This document shows, piece by piece, positions 62,363-64,000 of a stretch of 64,000 bases of DNA. The notes beneath the pieces were generated by a model. It saw only the letters and a program-made list of their open reading frames with translations, searched no databases and was not told where the DNA came from. Source of the DNA: Laetmonice hystrix (taxonomy: Eukaryota); NCBI GenBank assembly GCA_965235115.1, contig OZ249436.1:40486001-40550000 (forward strand), in the 5' to 3' direction. The stretch's first letter is position 1, and the number at the start of each line of letters is the position of its first letter. The position numbers and the translations under genes were made by a program.

Positions 62363-62444
62363 GACAAGGTGGCCGAGTGGTTAAGGCGATGGACTGCTAA
62401 TCCATTGGGCTCTGCCCGCGTGGGTTCGAATCCCATCCTCGTCG
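62363..62444 (+). tRNA. trnS: tRNA-Ser(GCT), acceptor-stem variant G4A
   Basis: GACAAGG instead of GACGAGG. Confidence 0.8.
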
Positions 62445-62997
62445 AAGTTTTTTGGGAAGAATTTGTCTCCTTATAGCTAATTTCCTATTCAATTGAGACA
62501 CAAGATAGCAGTGATGGAGCCAGCCCTCTAGTGGCAGAATACTGAAACGCCAGTTTGAAGAGGTGTCGGCCTTGGTGTTTTATATTCAACGTGGCCTCCA
62601 TGCTTAAAACTTAAGACGTCGTAGTACAAAACGAGGATTAATCCATAGATTCTTTACATTTCCCCTCCCCCAACAGGAATGGGATATTTATGCAGAAAAG
62701 GGTCTTCAATCCGTTTTAATCGCGTTGCCGGGTGAGGTGAGAGACGATCGGTAGCAGAAATGTAATTTCCTGGTAGTCTCTAGACCAGGAAGATTGGGGA
62801 GTTTTGAAACCATGATAAAAGAGCAACAAAGATATCGAAAATAGAATTAATCGGTTTATTTGCATGATATTTACACATTCTAAGTAGTACAAGGGACGAA
62901 GATCATGTTTTCCTTGACCGTTCGTATAATCTCAGCAACATATAGCACCAAAGTGTTCACAAGAAATAATTGTGTTCGCTTCACAATTCAGTAACAA

Positions 62998-63926
62998 CTA
63001 TTCTCTGCAGATCCCGTCAAACTGCACCAGTCCTTCAACATTGCAACTCGGCCGCGGTCGCGTCAAGTCGTGCAAAGTAGAGAAGTTGGGACGTCTCTTG
63101 GTTGTGGGTTTGCAATCGTCTGTGGCCTCGTCAGAATGCACAGTTCGTTGACAAGTCTCTGGCCTGTCTGTTTTCCTTTTTCTCTTCTCTCTCATGGAGC
63201 GTTCCCTTGCCATCCAGTTACGCACCCACTGAGAAGTTCGGCCCAGCTCCTTTGCAAGTCGGTCTGCCTCGTCGGACGTAGGGTACGGATAGTCGACGTT
63301 TTCCCGGAACCACTTGCGCAGCACTGAGGAAGTTGGCGTCTCCGCTCTGGTCTGGGTCCGTCGCACTGGACGGAGTCGCTTGGGCCTGGCTGGCTTCCTA
63401 TAGCAGATCCTGGTAGGTGGCGCTACTGGACACGAAGGCGGCATGGGTACGGGATAAGTCAGAGATACGGCCGACTTGTAACGGACAAAACTGTCGATGG
63501 AATGATCAAGTAGCACGTGTCTCTCGTTGTCATAGAACTGGTGGATGGTCGGCTGGAATCTCAGGTTGTCAGCGTGTCCGTACTCGGCTTGAAGGCGCAG
63601 CGTCTCGAGGGTCCTTGTCTCTTGTAAGTAGCACTCAACCACGTCTCCAACCATCTGGAGTTGTTTGTCTTCTGGAAACTGTCGACCTGGTGGAGGAACC
63701 CAACGTGCCGATGATGTAAACTTGTACATCCTTGGAACTGCCTCTGGCATCAGCCGGCCCGCAGGGACGTAGAGGGTGTGTTACGGGAGGGCTTCCAGGT
63801 ACCGGCCTCCAGGCTGCTCCACTCTGGGTCGTCTGGAGACATGGGAGCTATGACAATCGGGGCGACCTCGACCAGGCTGGTGTCGACCGCCGGCCGACTT
63901 GTTACATTCCTAGGTCGGTAATCCAT
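62998..63926 (-). pseudogene. TALE homeobox gene with the same two lesions; 250-aa ORF 62998..63750
   Basis: TGA at 63750-63752; deletion at 63641/63642. Confidence 0.7.
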
Positions 63927-64000
63927 GGTGTGGCAGCTGTGGTAAGTTGAAGGTAGCTTTGATGGTGATGTGACTGCAGCGATACCTTGGGCGGATCTGT

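Larger units (their letters stand above)
9452..64000. repeat. Tandem macrosatellite of tRNA-Ser + TALE homeobox units (2503-2506 bp long type; 2088-2119 bp short type), 23 units, runs off the right edge
   Basis: tRNA starts recur at 9452, 11925, 14431, 16937, 19443, 21947, 24453, 26957, 29460, 31962, 34444, 36440, 38943, 41446, 43949, 46452, 48955, 51458, 53961, 56080, 58178, 60275, 62363, with near-identical sequence between them. Confidence 0.97.

Noticed and set aside
9452-64000. Array as CRISPR, prophage or autonomous transposon
   Set aside because: Units are near-identical with no unique spacers, and I see no transposase, RT, integrase, LTRs, TIRs or target-site duplications.

Overview
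Eukaryotic (animal, probably lophotrochozoan by inference) genomic DNA. The left ~9.4 kb holds the large first coding exon of an FBXL16 orthologue on the minus strand, plus microsatellites and a truncated tRNA-Ser copy. From 9452 to the right edge lies a head-to-tail macrosatellite of 23 units: 18 tRNA-to-tRNA intervals of ~2.5 kb type, then ~2.1 kb units from about 54 kb. Each unit pairs a tRNA-Ser(GCT) gene (+) with an intronless 309/310-codon ORF (-) encoding a divergent TALE-class homeodomain protein. The ORF carries a strong Kozak start, a candidate TATA box and an AATAAA signal. 18 of 23 ORFs are intact. The layout resembles D4Z4/DUX4 but uses a TALE gene and interleaves Pol III genes. 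Copy number could be affected by assembly, the array continues past the window, and no database search was possible.
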